DNA of 64,000 nt from a virus (Duplodnaviria > Caudoviricetes), in IMG/VR virus record IMGVR_UViG_3300028628_000004; one strand, given 5' to 3'. Shown in pieces: positions 1 to 10,284 of this stretch. Both the position numbers and the translations under genes were made by a program. How positions within the stretch are numbered: position 1 is the first letter of the stretch; each line of letters starts with the position of its first letter. A model generated the notes under the pieces. It was not told the DNA's origin, searched no databases, and worked only from the letters and a program-made list of their open reading frames with translations.

Positions 1-3000
1 TACTTACTTGTTATCTTATTTATTTCCATGTATGCTGGTTTTATCTTTCTTACTTCGGATTTTATGAACTCGTTAATAGCTTCGGTGTTATCAGTACCAT
101 AAGTAGAATCGTCCCATTCTACATTAAATTTATTACTCTTGTACATCGTCGTGACACCGAATGGAGTGTGTTTGGTTATTTCTACCATGGATCTATTTCC
201 ATTTTCCTCTTCGGTGTACACAAAAGACTCTCCGCTGCTGAAGATCTTTTGAAGTATGTGCCTTCTCTGGTTTATTATTTGAATAGAATCCATCAACCAT
301 ACTGATATGAATTTATCAAATACATTTACTAGTTTATTATCCGATACAATGCTCATATCTGAATAATACATAGTTATTCTCTGACCTGACCACTGTGAGA
401 GCCTGACCCATATTGTTAGTGTGTCTTTATCTACATTAAATGTATCAGCATACCATTCTATTTCCGTGTTTGTTCCCTCTAAAGTAAAAGCAAAGGTTTT
501 ATTGTTTATGTCTATCTTAGAAAAATCAAATACAGATCTTCTTACTTCTTTATTATATGTGTTAGAAATGTTATAGCCAGTTCCTTGGAGGACTATGGGG
601 AATAATATATCTTCGTTAATATTATAGTTTAGATTATTAATGAGGATATTTCTCTTATAGGCAAAATTAGAATACTTTGATGTGCTAATATTAGAAAACT
701 CATTTTCTAATTCTGCCCAGGCGATATTTGAATGAATTCTATATACAGCCTCCGCATACATTTCGGCTTCATTGGGGGAGATATAATCCCTAACTTCCCA
801 GTATGTTAACGACCCACTGAAAGAATTCAAAGGATTGTGTGTGACAACATAAGTGTCGGAAGTGTCTTTAGTATATGATATGCCATTAACTAGCTCTCTG
901 CCATTGACATGTATGGAGTACTGCAAGGTATATTTTTTCGCACACCCAAAATCCAATTTTCGGAAGGTATTAACTGTAATTACATTAACAGTTTTAGTGC
1001 TAAGGTTATTCGTTGTAAACTCAAATGTAATTTTTTCTCCTGCCTCGTCGTTTATTGTTATATTCCACTTTTTTGAATTGAAGTTGTACTTAGCGTTAAC
1101 AGCGTCTTGTTGCATGTTTCCGTTGCAATGAATTCTAAATATTTCAACAAATGTGTCGAGATAATCAGTTTCATCGACTTCACAACCTGCGGGTGTGGTT
1201 AGGGATTTAGCGGAATCGTATATATTTTGCATCGTAATATGTTGATGTAACTGATTAAGTTCATCAAAATAACATGTGGATGCTGAAGTTCCAGTAGTCT
1301 CTACTGTTTCTATGCCTGTCGTTGATGGGGTTGAAGAAACACTGTCAGAATTAACGAAAAACCCCCAACTCGTGGAAAACTGATCTAAATCTTCGCTGAT
1401 GTCGTATGTAACTTTTGAGTATCCATGATTGAATATTTTTTGAGTTGGTGGACCCATATTGATTGTTTCAACACTATTGTCTAAGGTGATTATTTCTCTC
1501 GAAAAATCAAATTTATTTTCATTTGCTAACAGAGGATCAAAAGTTAAATAATTCCTGCTTGTGCATCTGTTCTTTATAACATGAACAGTACTATTGTTTA
1601 CTTTTGGTATGTCACAATCTTGGGGGTTTATATCATTCTTATTAATGTCACCTTCCCACAAATATATCATCTTTGAAACATTGTTGACTATTCGGCAATC
1701 TTCTGGTATATAGCCTATGAGAGTAAACAAGTCGTCTTGCTGTGTTGCTGTGTTGATATAGAAACGATCACGAATAAGAATATCTTGTTGGTCTGGAAGA
1801 TGAACTATTTTTGTGTTAGATATTCCTGAACTGATAAGAGAAAAGAAGTTACTGTTGATAAAGTCAAGGTCTAGATGTAAAACGTATGATGCCCAATAGT
1901 AGTTTTTATATCCGTATTTTTCTATATCGTCGGCGCTTGTATCAGTTAAAAACTTATTATAAAATATATAGAAGTTGTTATTGTTTGGTTTTTGTGAACT
2001 AAAAACATCTGTCATGAAGTTAGTTCCGATGAGCGAATCATAGTTTAGTGTATTGTCGGGATATTCATTTACGGCTGATGGTGGATTTGATGTAATTCCT
2101 ACGATACTAGAATCCGTTCCCGATACAGCATCGCTGTAGCAAACCGAAAAATTGGACAATACATTATCTGGCGCAGCCGTTATATTTGGAAGAATGCTTG
2201 ATATATCAATGTCAATATACTTGTTATTTGTTATTACTTTATCACGCTGAACTACAAGTAATTTAAATTTATTTTCTGAAAAGTAAAATATATTTGTTAA
2301 ATTATTATGTTCTATAACCTTATATATATTTTCGATTTGAAACTCTTGTGGTAAACTCTGTTCAAATTCTATCTCTTTATTGTTTTCCGATATTGTAGCG
2401 GTGAATAATCTAGCTAAAGACATTCTTCCTGACGTTCTACTAATAGGAATGGTTAGATCCTTTATAGTGAGGAAATAATCATAGTTGGTGTATATTTGTA
2501 AAGCCGGATCTTGAATGAAATCTATCTTTATCCATACTTTAAGATACTGACCCGGTGTTAGGAGAGTATTTGATGTTAGAGTGTCGGTCCATGTAGCATC
2601 GCTCAATAAGTTTGTGGAGTCTTCTTCATCATATAGAACTAGAGTGGACGTTGAAGTGAAGGCAGTATATATTCCTTCAGCAAATAGACTTACAGATACA
2701 GTTCCATTTACAGCGGGTAATCCGTTGTGGGAAATTGATGCTGAAATGTTTCCTAATATTTCGTTTTCGTTATATCTTTCGTCTGCGCCAATATACATGC
2801 AGCGGTATATTGTTATGCCATTTAAGAAATTATAGTCAGTTATGTCTTTGTAAAACCATCTTGATGATGAATTTAAGTTTCCATAGGCATAAGAGTAATA
2901 GTTCCCGCTATTGTTTGTATCGTTAGTTTTTATCTTTGGTATTGCCGATCCACCAATAGACTCACCGTACCAAATAGCATCAGACGTAATGCCGACTTTA

Positions 3001-3038
3001 TCAATGTTTCCTTCGGACGGTAAATAGGCAATAGCCAT
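1..3038 (-). CDS. Large virion structural protein (~1010 aa), probably baseplate/tail; runs to the window edge
   Basis: Absent from the ORF track because its stop is not in the window. Hand translation of both ends is in frame: MAIAYLPSEGNIDK... after a GGAG RBS and TATAAATA, and ...EVRKIKPAYMEINKITSK (KPA motif as in baseplate proteins). The middle was not fully translated. Confidence 0.7.
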   Translation of the reverse strand, partial: MAIAYLPSEGNIDKVGITSDAIWYGESIGGSAIPKIKTNDTNNSGNYYSYAYGNLNSSSRWFYKDITDYNFLNGITIYRCMYIGADERYNENEILGNISASISHNGLPAVNGTVSVSLFAEGIYTAFTSTSTLVLYDEEDSTNLLSDATWTDTLTSNTLLTPGQYLKVWIKIDFIQDPALQIYTNYDYFLTIKDLTIPISRTSGRMSLARLFTATISENNKEIEFEQSLPQEFQIENIYKVIEHNNLTNIFYFSENKFKLLVVQRDKVITNNKYIDIDISSILPNITAAPDNVLSNFSVCYSDAVSGTDSSIVGITSNPPSAVNEYPDNTLNYDSLIGTNFMTDVFSSQKPNNNNFYIFYNKFLTDTSADDIEKYGYKNYYWASYVLHLDLDFINSNFFSLISSGISNTKIVHLPDQQDILIRDRFYINTATQQDDLFTLIGYIPEDCRIVNNVSKMIYLWEGDINKNDINPQDCDIPKVNNSTVHVIKNRCTSRNYLTFDPLLANENKFDFSREIITLDNSVETINMGPPTQKIFNHGYSKVTYDISEDLDQFSTSWGFFVNSDSVSSTPSTTGIETVETTGTSASTCYFDELNQLHQHITMQNIYDSAKSLTTPAGCEVDETDYLDTFVEIFRIHCNGNMQQDAVNAKYNFNSKKWNITINDEAGEKITFEFTTNNLSTKTVNVITVNTFRKLDFGCAKKYTLQYSIHVNGRELVNGISYTKDTSDTYVVTHNPLNSFSGSLTYWEVRDYISPNEAEMYAEAVYRIHSNIAWAELENEFSNISTSKYSNFAYKRNILINNLNYNINEDILFPIVLQGTGYNISNTYNKEVRRSVFDFSKIDINNKTFAFTLEGTNTEIEWYADTFNVDKDTLTIWVRLSQWSGQRITMYYSDMSIVSDNKLVNVFDKFISVWLMDSIQIINQRRHILQKIFSSGESFVYTEEENGNRSMVEITKHTPFGVTTMYKSNKFNVEWDDSTYGTDNTEAINEFIKSEVRKIKPAYMEINKITSK

Positions 3039-3126
3039 TATGACTCCATATAATGTTGATTATACTATATTTATACTTTTTATCATTTAACAGTAATGGA
3101 AATGATAAATTGGAATGACTGACACA

Positions 3127-3348
3127 TTATTCGGGATATTGTGGAATAGAACTATCATCTCCTAGTGCAACCCCAAACTCCAAAAGTCGAGACTCCCATT
3201 CGACTTTATTGGTAAAAATCTCTAAGTTGGGTTGACCAGTTGATAATGTTTCTTTCTCGTTGGCTACACCATAATGAAATATATCGTTATTATTGTGTGC
3301 TATCCAGAATAAAGCATCTGCGGTGAAAATATGATTTTTTATACTCAT
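3127..3348 (-). CDS. Small hypothetical protein coupled to the large baseplate gene
   Basis: ATGA overlap with the stop of the upstream gene; MSIKNHIF... Confidence 0.65.
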   Translation of the reverse strand: MSIKNHIFTADALFWIAHNNNDIFHYGVANEKETLSTGQPNLEIFTNKVEWESRLLEFGVALGDDSSIPQYPE

Positions 3349-6300
3349 GGCGCAAGTCCCCCGTCTACTATTGTCCATCCCTTAGTTCCTGTCAAATACG
3401 ATCTAGCCGATGCTGCTGCTGCGCTATATTTTGATGCGGATTTTAATGGTACATTTGATTGGATGCCAGCGGGAGTTAATCCTTGGGCAGCAAAAGATAT
3501 TAAAGTTGCATCATAATTGTCTTGATTGGCTGAGCTATTGGGGTCATTAATATCTACTCCATTTAAAAAGTCACCCATGTGAGTTACATTTGGTATCTGC
3601 CACGCTGAGAAATCGTGTTTAAGGGCAACACATCCCTCAAATGTACCCTGAAAGCTTCTTGCTTTACTAACATCCCACCCAGTCATATCAGCATTAAATG
3701 CATAGTTCGATGTCCCTAGCATGCGGAACATACCTTGCATACCGACGCTTGGGTTAGTGCCTATCTGACTCATATTCCAAGTAAATGGAGCCTTCACTCC
3801 GGGTGGATATCCGTTATTAAACTTTACTGCGTTGCCAAAACAATACGCACATACTTTTAAGAGAGATGTATCCCATCCATTGAGATTTTGGTTGAAGTCG
3901 CTACAACCATAGAACATGTTAAATGGATTCCAAATTTTTGGTGTATTCCACTTTCCTATTGGTTGATTGAATTTTCCGCAACTCCGAAACATAAATGCCG
4001 TTGATCCCATCTTAGTGGTGTCCCAATTACTTATGTCAGCATTGAATATCGAACACCCTTCAAAAAAAAATCTAAAATCGTTTATGTTTCCAGTGGTGGT
4101 CCAGTTTCGTAGCCCATTTCCAATCATTTTTGAGCATGAGCGGAAGAACGATGTACCGTTAGTTATCTCAGAAAGATTTGGTTGATCTTCAGCCGTAAGA
4201 ATAAGATTATTACAACCATAAAAAACACCACTTGCATTTCCCGACTTCCACGGACCCCATTGTAAAATATCAATCAACTTTCTTCTGTCTCCACCGTTGT
4301 TAAATCTCCAACCATCAATAAGTCCAGTTATCGTAACTATATAAACGCCCGGATAAGCATAGGTATGGGTTTTTGCCGATGAGTTCCATTCTGTTATACG
4401 CTCAGATGTACCATCTCCCCAATCTACAGTAAACGAGTATTTTCCAGAGACGAGCGCAGGAACAGATTCGGTCTGTGGTGCCAAAGGCTCGCCAGCATAA
4501 GAATCAATATATGTACCAATTAAAGGTAATGTTATTTGATTTGATGCCGAAGATCCTGGCTGTGTGGTGTCCCAAACAGTAACAAATTCTGGATAATGCT
4601 CGCCAAACTCAACATGTATTCTATTTTCACCTTCCCATACATTTTTTATCTTTCTACTTGTATGCTCAAGGTATCTGTATATATGGTCATTATTGAATGT
4701 TAAGTCTCTAACATAAACAGAGTTATAAGACGTTAGATTTTCATTGCATACTAACATATTTGCAACTTCGTCTTCTACTGTCTTAATAATAACTTTATCT
4801 TCTATGACTATTATCTTATCGACAACAGCATTGTATTTGGCGACAGGACCGCCAACTGTTCTAAAGAATAAGCTATTACCTATCAATACAAGAATATTTC
4901 CATTATTTGTTTTCTTAACACTTCTAACTTCACCGTTCTCCCCATATACTCTTGAAATTTCTTCAAGTATATCAGTAAGATCCTTTGATTGAGTTGTGTC
5001 ACCAAATACAACTTCTCCTTGAATTGTAGAAGTATACTTGGCATTTCCAACATATGTCAACTCGTTATTAAAGAGCATTCCTGTCATTGTTCCTGTTGCT
5101 CTAAAATTCTTTACAAGATCCTCATTGAAGTTTTCTGCGACAAATGAAGCGTTCGTTTTCCCACCAAGAGTACTTGGGTAGGTGATGTCCATCTTCGAAA
5201 GACCAGTCACGAGATAAACAAGTTCTTCAAAGTCACCGTCCAAGTATCTATTGGAATCGGTTTGGGATATTGGATTGGTGAAATAATTTATAACCAATCT
5301 CTCAGGATCGTCTTTCTCGTTAAAAGTTACACGAATATACTCTGACCCGACAATTGTCTTCAATGTGTACCAAGTTCCCAGTTTTATATTTTTGGTGTCA
5401 TAGTCCCCAAATCCTGCTAGGAATGACTTGTCCATTTTTCCAGTTTCAACATTATATCTTGCAATTCCAAGTCCTATATCAAACCCATATACTCCAACAC
5501 CAACAAAGTAATATCCACCCAAAACTACCTTGTTTGTTATTGGGTCGTATATAGTATATGCTTTAACTATATGTTCAAATTTCTTACCAATGAAGTTTTT
5601 GTTCTTTCCTATTTCCTCATCGAAAATAAAATCAGTAGTAAAATCAAATATTGAATTGTTGTCATCAATAATGTATAGCTTATTGACATTTGGCTTCTCG
5701 GTTTTCGTTACATCTATTTCGTTATTGTTCTTAGTGACCTTACCAGTTTTCTTGTAGTCGAGGAAAAGAGAAGTATTGCTATTAATTGACTTAAAGCTAT
5801 TTTTTCCCTTGAAGTTAATTATGTCGTATGTCAAGTCATTTGATTCAAATACCAGAGAGCTACTTGGTTTTCTTAGCGATGCGGTGAATACTGTGTCGTC
5901 TACCGACTCAAATGGCAGCCACTTTAATCTCTCTATATCAGGATTAAAATTATCTTCTTTGACTCTCTTTTGGTTTTCGGCAAAGAATATATCGTAGAAG
6001 AAACTTCCACGAAGCTCTGCTCCAGCAAATATGCTACTATTCTCTGTTTTTGGAATAGTAATTGAAGTGTCCGAAGTCATTGTGTAAGATTCGTTACTAA
6101 TTCTAAAATTATTTAGGGTTATTTTATCAATGCTCTTTACCCAGTTTCTTAGTAAGTTTACATTTTCTGGAATTTCAAAGACACTAGATGAATTTGACTT
6201 TACAAATACTCTTGAGTCATCAAGAACTCTCCAGTCCATCGAATCTTCGTCAGCTATATTACTTGTGACGGTTATATTAGCTCCCGAATTTATAGTCAAT

Positions 6301-9300
6301 CCATCAAGAGTCACTAATTTATTAAAAAGCTTATATTTCGATGTAGGAACTTTTTCGGCAATAAACTCAATATCCATATTAGAAGCGAAAAGCGTGTTCC
6401 AATCTTCTATGTTCCATCCCTTTGTGGCAATTATAATTTGACCAGCAGAATCGGCATAGACATTATTTGGGTCGCTTGCCTGATTTATTAAATATGTCAT
6501 TAATCCATATGGGGTGAATGTTATAGACGCATCTCCAGTGCTTCCATTTATATAGTTAGCCCATTCTAATTCTTTGTTGTTTTTGACCTCATTTGAAGGA
6601 TACCATGAAATAGGAATATAAAATGTGTGGCATGACTTTACGGGGGATTGTTTATAATCATATGCTGGCGGAGAAGTTTCGTTTATTTTTACTTTATTAG
6701 CTTCCGATTCTGTCAATGCATTATCTGGGTTGCTAGTGATGAACGCATCATCGAAATTGAACCCCGAATAATCAAGTCTTACGTTTACTTTAGCATAATA
6801 CATCGTATCTAAAGACACATCACCGTCTAATAATGTAAACTTTAGAGCCGCTGGTTTACTTCCTTCCGAAAGCTTTATATTATAAAAATATTTTTCTATG
6901 GTCGAAAGAGCATTATGGTTTATATTTGATAGAATATCTTTCTGAATCTCTACTGGGTTTTTTGAGACGTCGCGTTTCATCCACACTTGATTTGGTGCCC
7001 ACCAAGAGAAATCTGCATCGTAGTCCAAAGTCGAGTTATTTGTGCAGTCGTTTGTATTTCTGCATGCTTCGGCTACTCCATTTAACAATTTCCTTGAGTT
7101 TGAATCAAGAACATATATGTTGGAAGATCCTGGGTGTGGATATACAGATGCCGCAAGTTTTATGTTGGTACTAAAGTGATATTTGCATAGCAAATCAAGT
7201 CTTGGGTTCTCGTAAGGATTTAAGCAATTATCAGGTAATTTTACTGTCTTTGCTTCCGAGTTAAAAATAACAGATGGGTTTCTTACATATATGCCCAAAA
7301 TACTTATTTTACACATGCCCTGATTGATGGCATCATGTAAGAAGGTAGTAGACAATCCATAGGTTCTACGAGTAGAATCAAGGACTCCAATTGGGAGAAA
7401 TATCTTTACTATATAAGAATTATTACTTCCTTCAGTTAAAGTTGTGTCATCTGGTCTAAACTTGAAGTATGCCTTATCCATCTCCAGAGAATAATGTCCC
7501 CACAAAAGAACGGGTATTTGTCCATCTAATGAATTAACGTCTATTAGCCTCTGAATGTCGTCACAATTCTTAAATCTTACTCCGGTGACTCTCTTCGAAC
7601 TTCCATTATAAACAATTGGACTGAATACTGGATTTTCCCACTTGGTATTATACTTAATAGTCCTTGCTCCGGTTATAGAAGTGAAAATTCCGGAGTCTGG
7701 GCAGACCTCTTGAAATACTCCACGGAGAGGAATTTCAAAGTTTGACAGCATGTATTGCTGCATTCTGTCGCTAAGCGTGAAAGTGAGCGAGGTATCATTT
7801 TCTCTGGTAAGCGAGGAAAATGCATCGTCTGGTTCGGTTTCGTAGTTGTCGAGTGGAACTGACTCGTTGTAGGCGAAAAGACCCGGTATGCGGATCACAT
7901 CTGATCCTGTTGTTGGTGTTGTCTCAACATCAGAAGACCCATAATAGTTCTTGAAAATACTCTTGTCAGTTGCGCGAATATCAGCTAAGAACCAATTTCT
8001 CTGATTTCCAAATGGAATAATAATTTTGCGAGATACTTCGGCAGAGTCCTTAAATCTACTCAACCATTCACTGTCGAAATTAACGATATACCTTGTAGCA
8101 ATATCTTCAGTTACCTTTATATTATTCATATATAAGAAGTTAAGAGATGCGGATCCACCTTCTTCTATGGTATATGTTTCAACTTCTGGATCATACGACT
8201 GACTTATCTGTTTTGTAAATGTTTCGTGATTGTTTATATCGTTATTAAATCTTAAATTAGTTGCTTTAATCCATTCCAGATACTTTGGTTTTATGTCAAG
8301 TTCTTTTTCAGCCGTAGTCCAAAGAGTTTCATCTGGATCAAGAATATTCACCGCTACATCTTTCAATTCCATTATACCATTCTTGCATCCTACGCCATAG
8401 TTACCACCCGTTTCTATTTCGGTGTATTGAATAGTAACTGCTTGGTTTCCCTCTTCATCAACAGTCTGAATCTTGACTGAATCCTTTTGTAATGATACGC
8501 CTTCAAATAATGTTATCCATTCGCCGCAGGCTTGTTGACCGTAAACAGATCCACCCGTTTCATTATTGACGTTATTGGATATTCTTGTTTCCATGTCGTT
8601 GAGGCGAACATATGCTGATACTAAACTACCAGATACTTGTAACTTAAATTCATAATAAGAGTCATCATTAAAGACATATGCTTCGCAGTTATTAACGACT
8701 GGCTTATTGTAGAGTGGCGAATCAGCAGTCCCAAGATTTATTTTTTGTATTATTGCTGTTTCATCAGAAGGATTCTTGACAACTCTTGACAATGACACCC
8801 ACGAATTTCTTGTGTTGATACTAAATCTATAGTATTCTCCAATATTTGCATAAAAATCACTGGAATTTTTTATACCCCTGAAAATAAAGAAAATTTCATT
8901 TTCAGAATATCTGAAGCTTTCTATGGTGTTTGGGTCGTTTATCTTTTTGAATGACCATACAACATTGGCATCAAAGTTCTTAACACTACGATTTGTGTTT
9001 GCTATTACAGATGATATAGTATTTTCTTCAGATAAAGCATATGACAGAGTTATTTTATCTCCATAATCTATCACATCTGGAGATACCTGTAGTATTCCGA
9101 GATTGGATGGGTCTTGCCTTACAGGAATATTCTCATCAAGTGTATATACAAATGGTTCTTGTTGATATGATTCTTCTTCAATTAGTAAGTTTCCATTATT
9201 GTTTCTTACATCGGTAACATATACGGGTTTCTTTTCAATTTCAAACTCGTACCAACCTTCTGTGCTACCGGACATAGTAACAGTAGCTACTTGATCAACA

Positions 9301-10283
9301 TCAAATTCGACCTTTTCTATTTGGTGATAGTTGTCTATTATTATAGAGTTTAGTGTTTTCTTTATCATTCCATTATCATTGGAGTTACCAACAACACGAA
9401 TGTCGTTCCACTTAAACCCGTGTTTGTTGTTCTCCACATCATAGTCAAGGAATAGTTCGTCAATAAGACCAACTGGAGTCTGTCCCCAATTCTTGGTCCA
9501 AAGCTCTATTGCCTTTCCATCTATACTGAAGAAACTTAAGAAAGAACTGATATCTTGATTAGTTCCTTTTTTACGAAATAACTCAGAGCTATGAATGAGG
9601 AATCTTCTAAAATAATTGATTTCCTTATCGGTTGCCTTATTTCTTGAAATTCTATCGTATATATCATATTCTTCGAAATTTCCAGATTCTTCTTCATTTT
9701 TATATCCCACTTTGGACGAATATAGTGAATCATGTCCAAGAGTTAGTGCTAGATATTCGAAGTAAAGAGGATTTATTTCATTAGCATCCCATAAGCTATA
9801 TAATGATTTGGTATCTTTGTAAATTCTTTCGAATAACTTTGCGGCTGATTTGTAAAAATCATCCGTTGCAACATTTTGCGTGTATGACCATGTTGGATTA
9901 AAATCATAGAAAAGCTTAAGAAACTTAGACTGAACGGTAACATCAATATATCCGCGAGTTTTAAAGTAGAAAACTCTCCCGTCTATGGTTAAAAATGGCT
10001 CTGACCATATCGTTAAGTAAACTTGGAATATTCCGCTATCAGAAAATTTGTAGCTAAGCGAATCATCCGAAAATGATTTTCCGTCACTTGTGTCCCATTG
10101 TATTTTGGATATTGATGTTACTATATAGTCTTCTGGGTTTATTTCGCTTTTTTCAACGTTTCCGTCTATTTCGAAATCAGATGGCAAAGACCCAACCGTA
10201 GAATTATTCGATACTATGAATAATTCGTTTGCATATATAAGAAGATTATGTGATATCTCTGGTATTGCTTTAAATGTTGCCAT
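3345..10283 (-). CDS. Baseplate wedge/tail protein (gp7/gpI-like N-terminus) with C-terminal PKD-like domain and BspA/DUF285 repeats
   Basis: YLALTLG...ELFRKKGT motif near N-terminus; VDWGDG..HTYAYPGVY; repeats FNADISNWDT, FNQPIGKWNT, FNQNLNGWDT; next to gp6. Confidence 0.75.
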   Translation of the reverse strand: MATFKAIPEISHNLLIYANELFIVSNNSTVGSLPSDFEIDGNVEKSEINPEDYIVTSISKIQWDTSDGKSFSDDSLSYKFSDSGIFQVYLTIWSEPFLTIDGRVFYFKTRGYIDVTVQSKFLKLFYDFNPTWSYTQNVATDDFYKSAAKLFERIYKDTKSLYSLWDANEINPLYFEYLALTLGHDSLYSSKVGYKNEEESGNFEEYDIYDRISRNKATDKEINYFRRFLIHSSELFRKKGTNQDISSFLSFFSIDGKAIELWTKNWGQTPVGLIDELFLDYDVENNKHGFKWNDIRVVGNSNDNGMIKKTLNSIIIDNYHQIEKVEFDVDQVATVTMSGSTEGWYEFEIEKKPVYVTDVRNNNGNLLIEEESYQQEPFVYTLDENIPVRQDPSNLGILQVSPDVIDYGDKITLSYALSEENTISSVIANTNRSVKNFDANVVWSFKKINDPNTIESFRYSENEIFFIFRGIKNSSDFYANIGEYYRFSINTRNSWVSLSRVVKNPSDETAIIQKINLGTADSPLYNKPVVNNCEAYVFNDDSYYEFKLQVSGSLVSAYVRLNDMETRISNNVNNETGGSVYGQQACGEWITLFEGVSLQKDSVKIQTVDEEGNQAVTIQYTEIETGGNYGVGCKNGIMELKDVAVNILDPDETLWTTAEKELDIKPKYLEWIKATNLRFNNDINNHETFTKQISQSYDPEVETYTIEEGGSASLNFLYMNNIKVTEDIATRYIVNFDSEWLSRFKDSAEVSRKIIIPFGNQRNWFLADIRATDKSIFKNYYGSSDVETTPTTGSDVIRIPGLFAYNESVPLDNYETEPDDAFSSLTRENDTSLTFTLSDRMQQYMLSNFEIPLRGVFQEVCPDSGIFTSITGARTIKYNTKWENPVFSPIVYNGSSKRVTGVRFKNCDDIQRLIDVNSLDGQIPVLLWGHYSLEMDKAYFKFRPDDTTLTEGSNNSYIVKIFLPIGVLDSTRRTYGLSTTFLHDAINQGMCKISILGIYVRNPSVIFNSEAKTVKLPDNCLNPYENPRLDLLCKYHFSTNIKLAASVYPHPGSSNIYVLDSNSRKLLNGVAEACRNTNDCTNNSTLDYDADFSWWAPNQVWMKRDVSKNPVEIQKDILSNINHNALSTIEKYFYNIKLSEGSKPAALKFTLLDGDVSLDTMYYAKVNVRLDYSGFNFDDAFITSNPDNALTESEANKVKINETSPPAYDYKQSPVKSCHTFYIPISWYPSNEVKNNKELEWANYINGSTGDASITFTPYGLMTYLINQASDPNNVYADSAGQIIIATKGWNIEDWNTLFASNMDIEFIAEKVPTSKYKLFNKLVTLDGLTINSGANITVTSNIADEDSMDWRVLDDSRVFVKSNSSSVFEIPENVNLLRNWVKSIDKITLNNFRISNESYTMTSDTSITIPKTENSSIFAGAELRGSFFYDIFFAENQKRVKEDNFNPDIERLKWLPFESVDDTVFTASLRKPSSSLVFESNDLTYDIINFKGKNSFKSINSNTSLFLDYKKTGKVTKNNNEIDVTKTEKPNVNKLYIIDDNNSIFDFTTDFIFDEEIGKNKNFIGKKFEHIVKAYTIYDPITNKVVLGGYYFVGVGVYGFDIGLGIARYNVETGKMDKSFLAGFGDYDTKNIKLGTWYTLKTIVGSEYIRVTFNEKDDPERLVINYFTNPISQTDSNRYLDGDFEELVYLVTGLSKMDITYPSTLGGKTNASFVAENFNEDLVKNFRATGTMTGMLFNNELTYVGNAKYTSTIQGEVVFGDTTQSKDLTDILEEISRVYGENGEVRSVKKTNNGNILVLIGNSLFFRTVGGPVAKYNAVVDKIIVIEDKVIIKTVEDEVANMLVCNENLTSYNSVYVRDLTFNNDHIYRYLEHTSRKIKNVWEGENRIHVEFGEHYPEFVTVWDTTQPGSSASNQITLPLIGTYIDSYAGEPLAPQTESVPALVSGKYSFTVDWGDGTSERITEWNSSAKTHTYAYPGVYIVTITGLIDGWRFNNGGDRRKLIDILQWGPWKSGNASGVFYGCNNLILTAEDQPNLSEITNGTSFFRSCSKMIGNGLRNWTTTGNINDFRFFFEGCSIFNADISNWDTTKMGSTAFMFRSCGKFNQPIGKWNTPKIWNPFNMFYGCSDFNQNLNGWDTSLLKVCAYCFGNAVKFNNGYPPGVKAPFTWNMSQIGTNPSVGMQGMFRMLGTSNYAFNADMTGWDVSKARSFQGTFEGCVALKHDFSAWQIPNVTHMGDFLNGVDINDPNSSANQDNYDATLISFAAQGLTPAGIQSNVPLKSASKYSAAAASARSYLTGTKGWTIVDGGLAP

Positions 10284-10284
10284 A

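Noticed and set aside
3345-4400. Diversity-generating retroelement targeting the DUF285 region
   Set aside because: No reverse transcriptase or template/variable repeat pair seen in the window.
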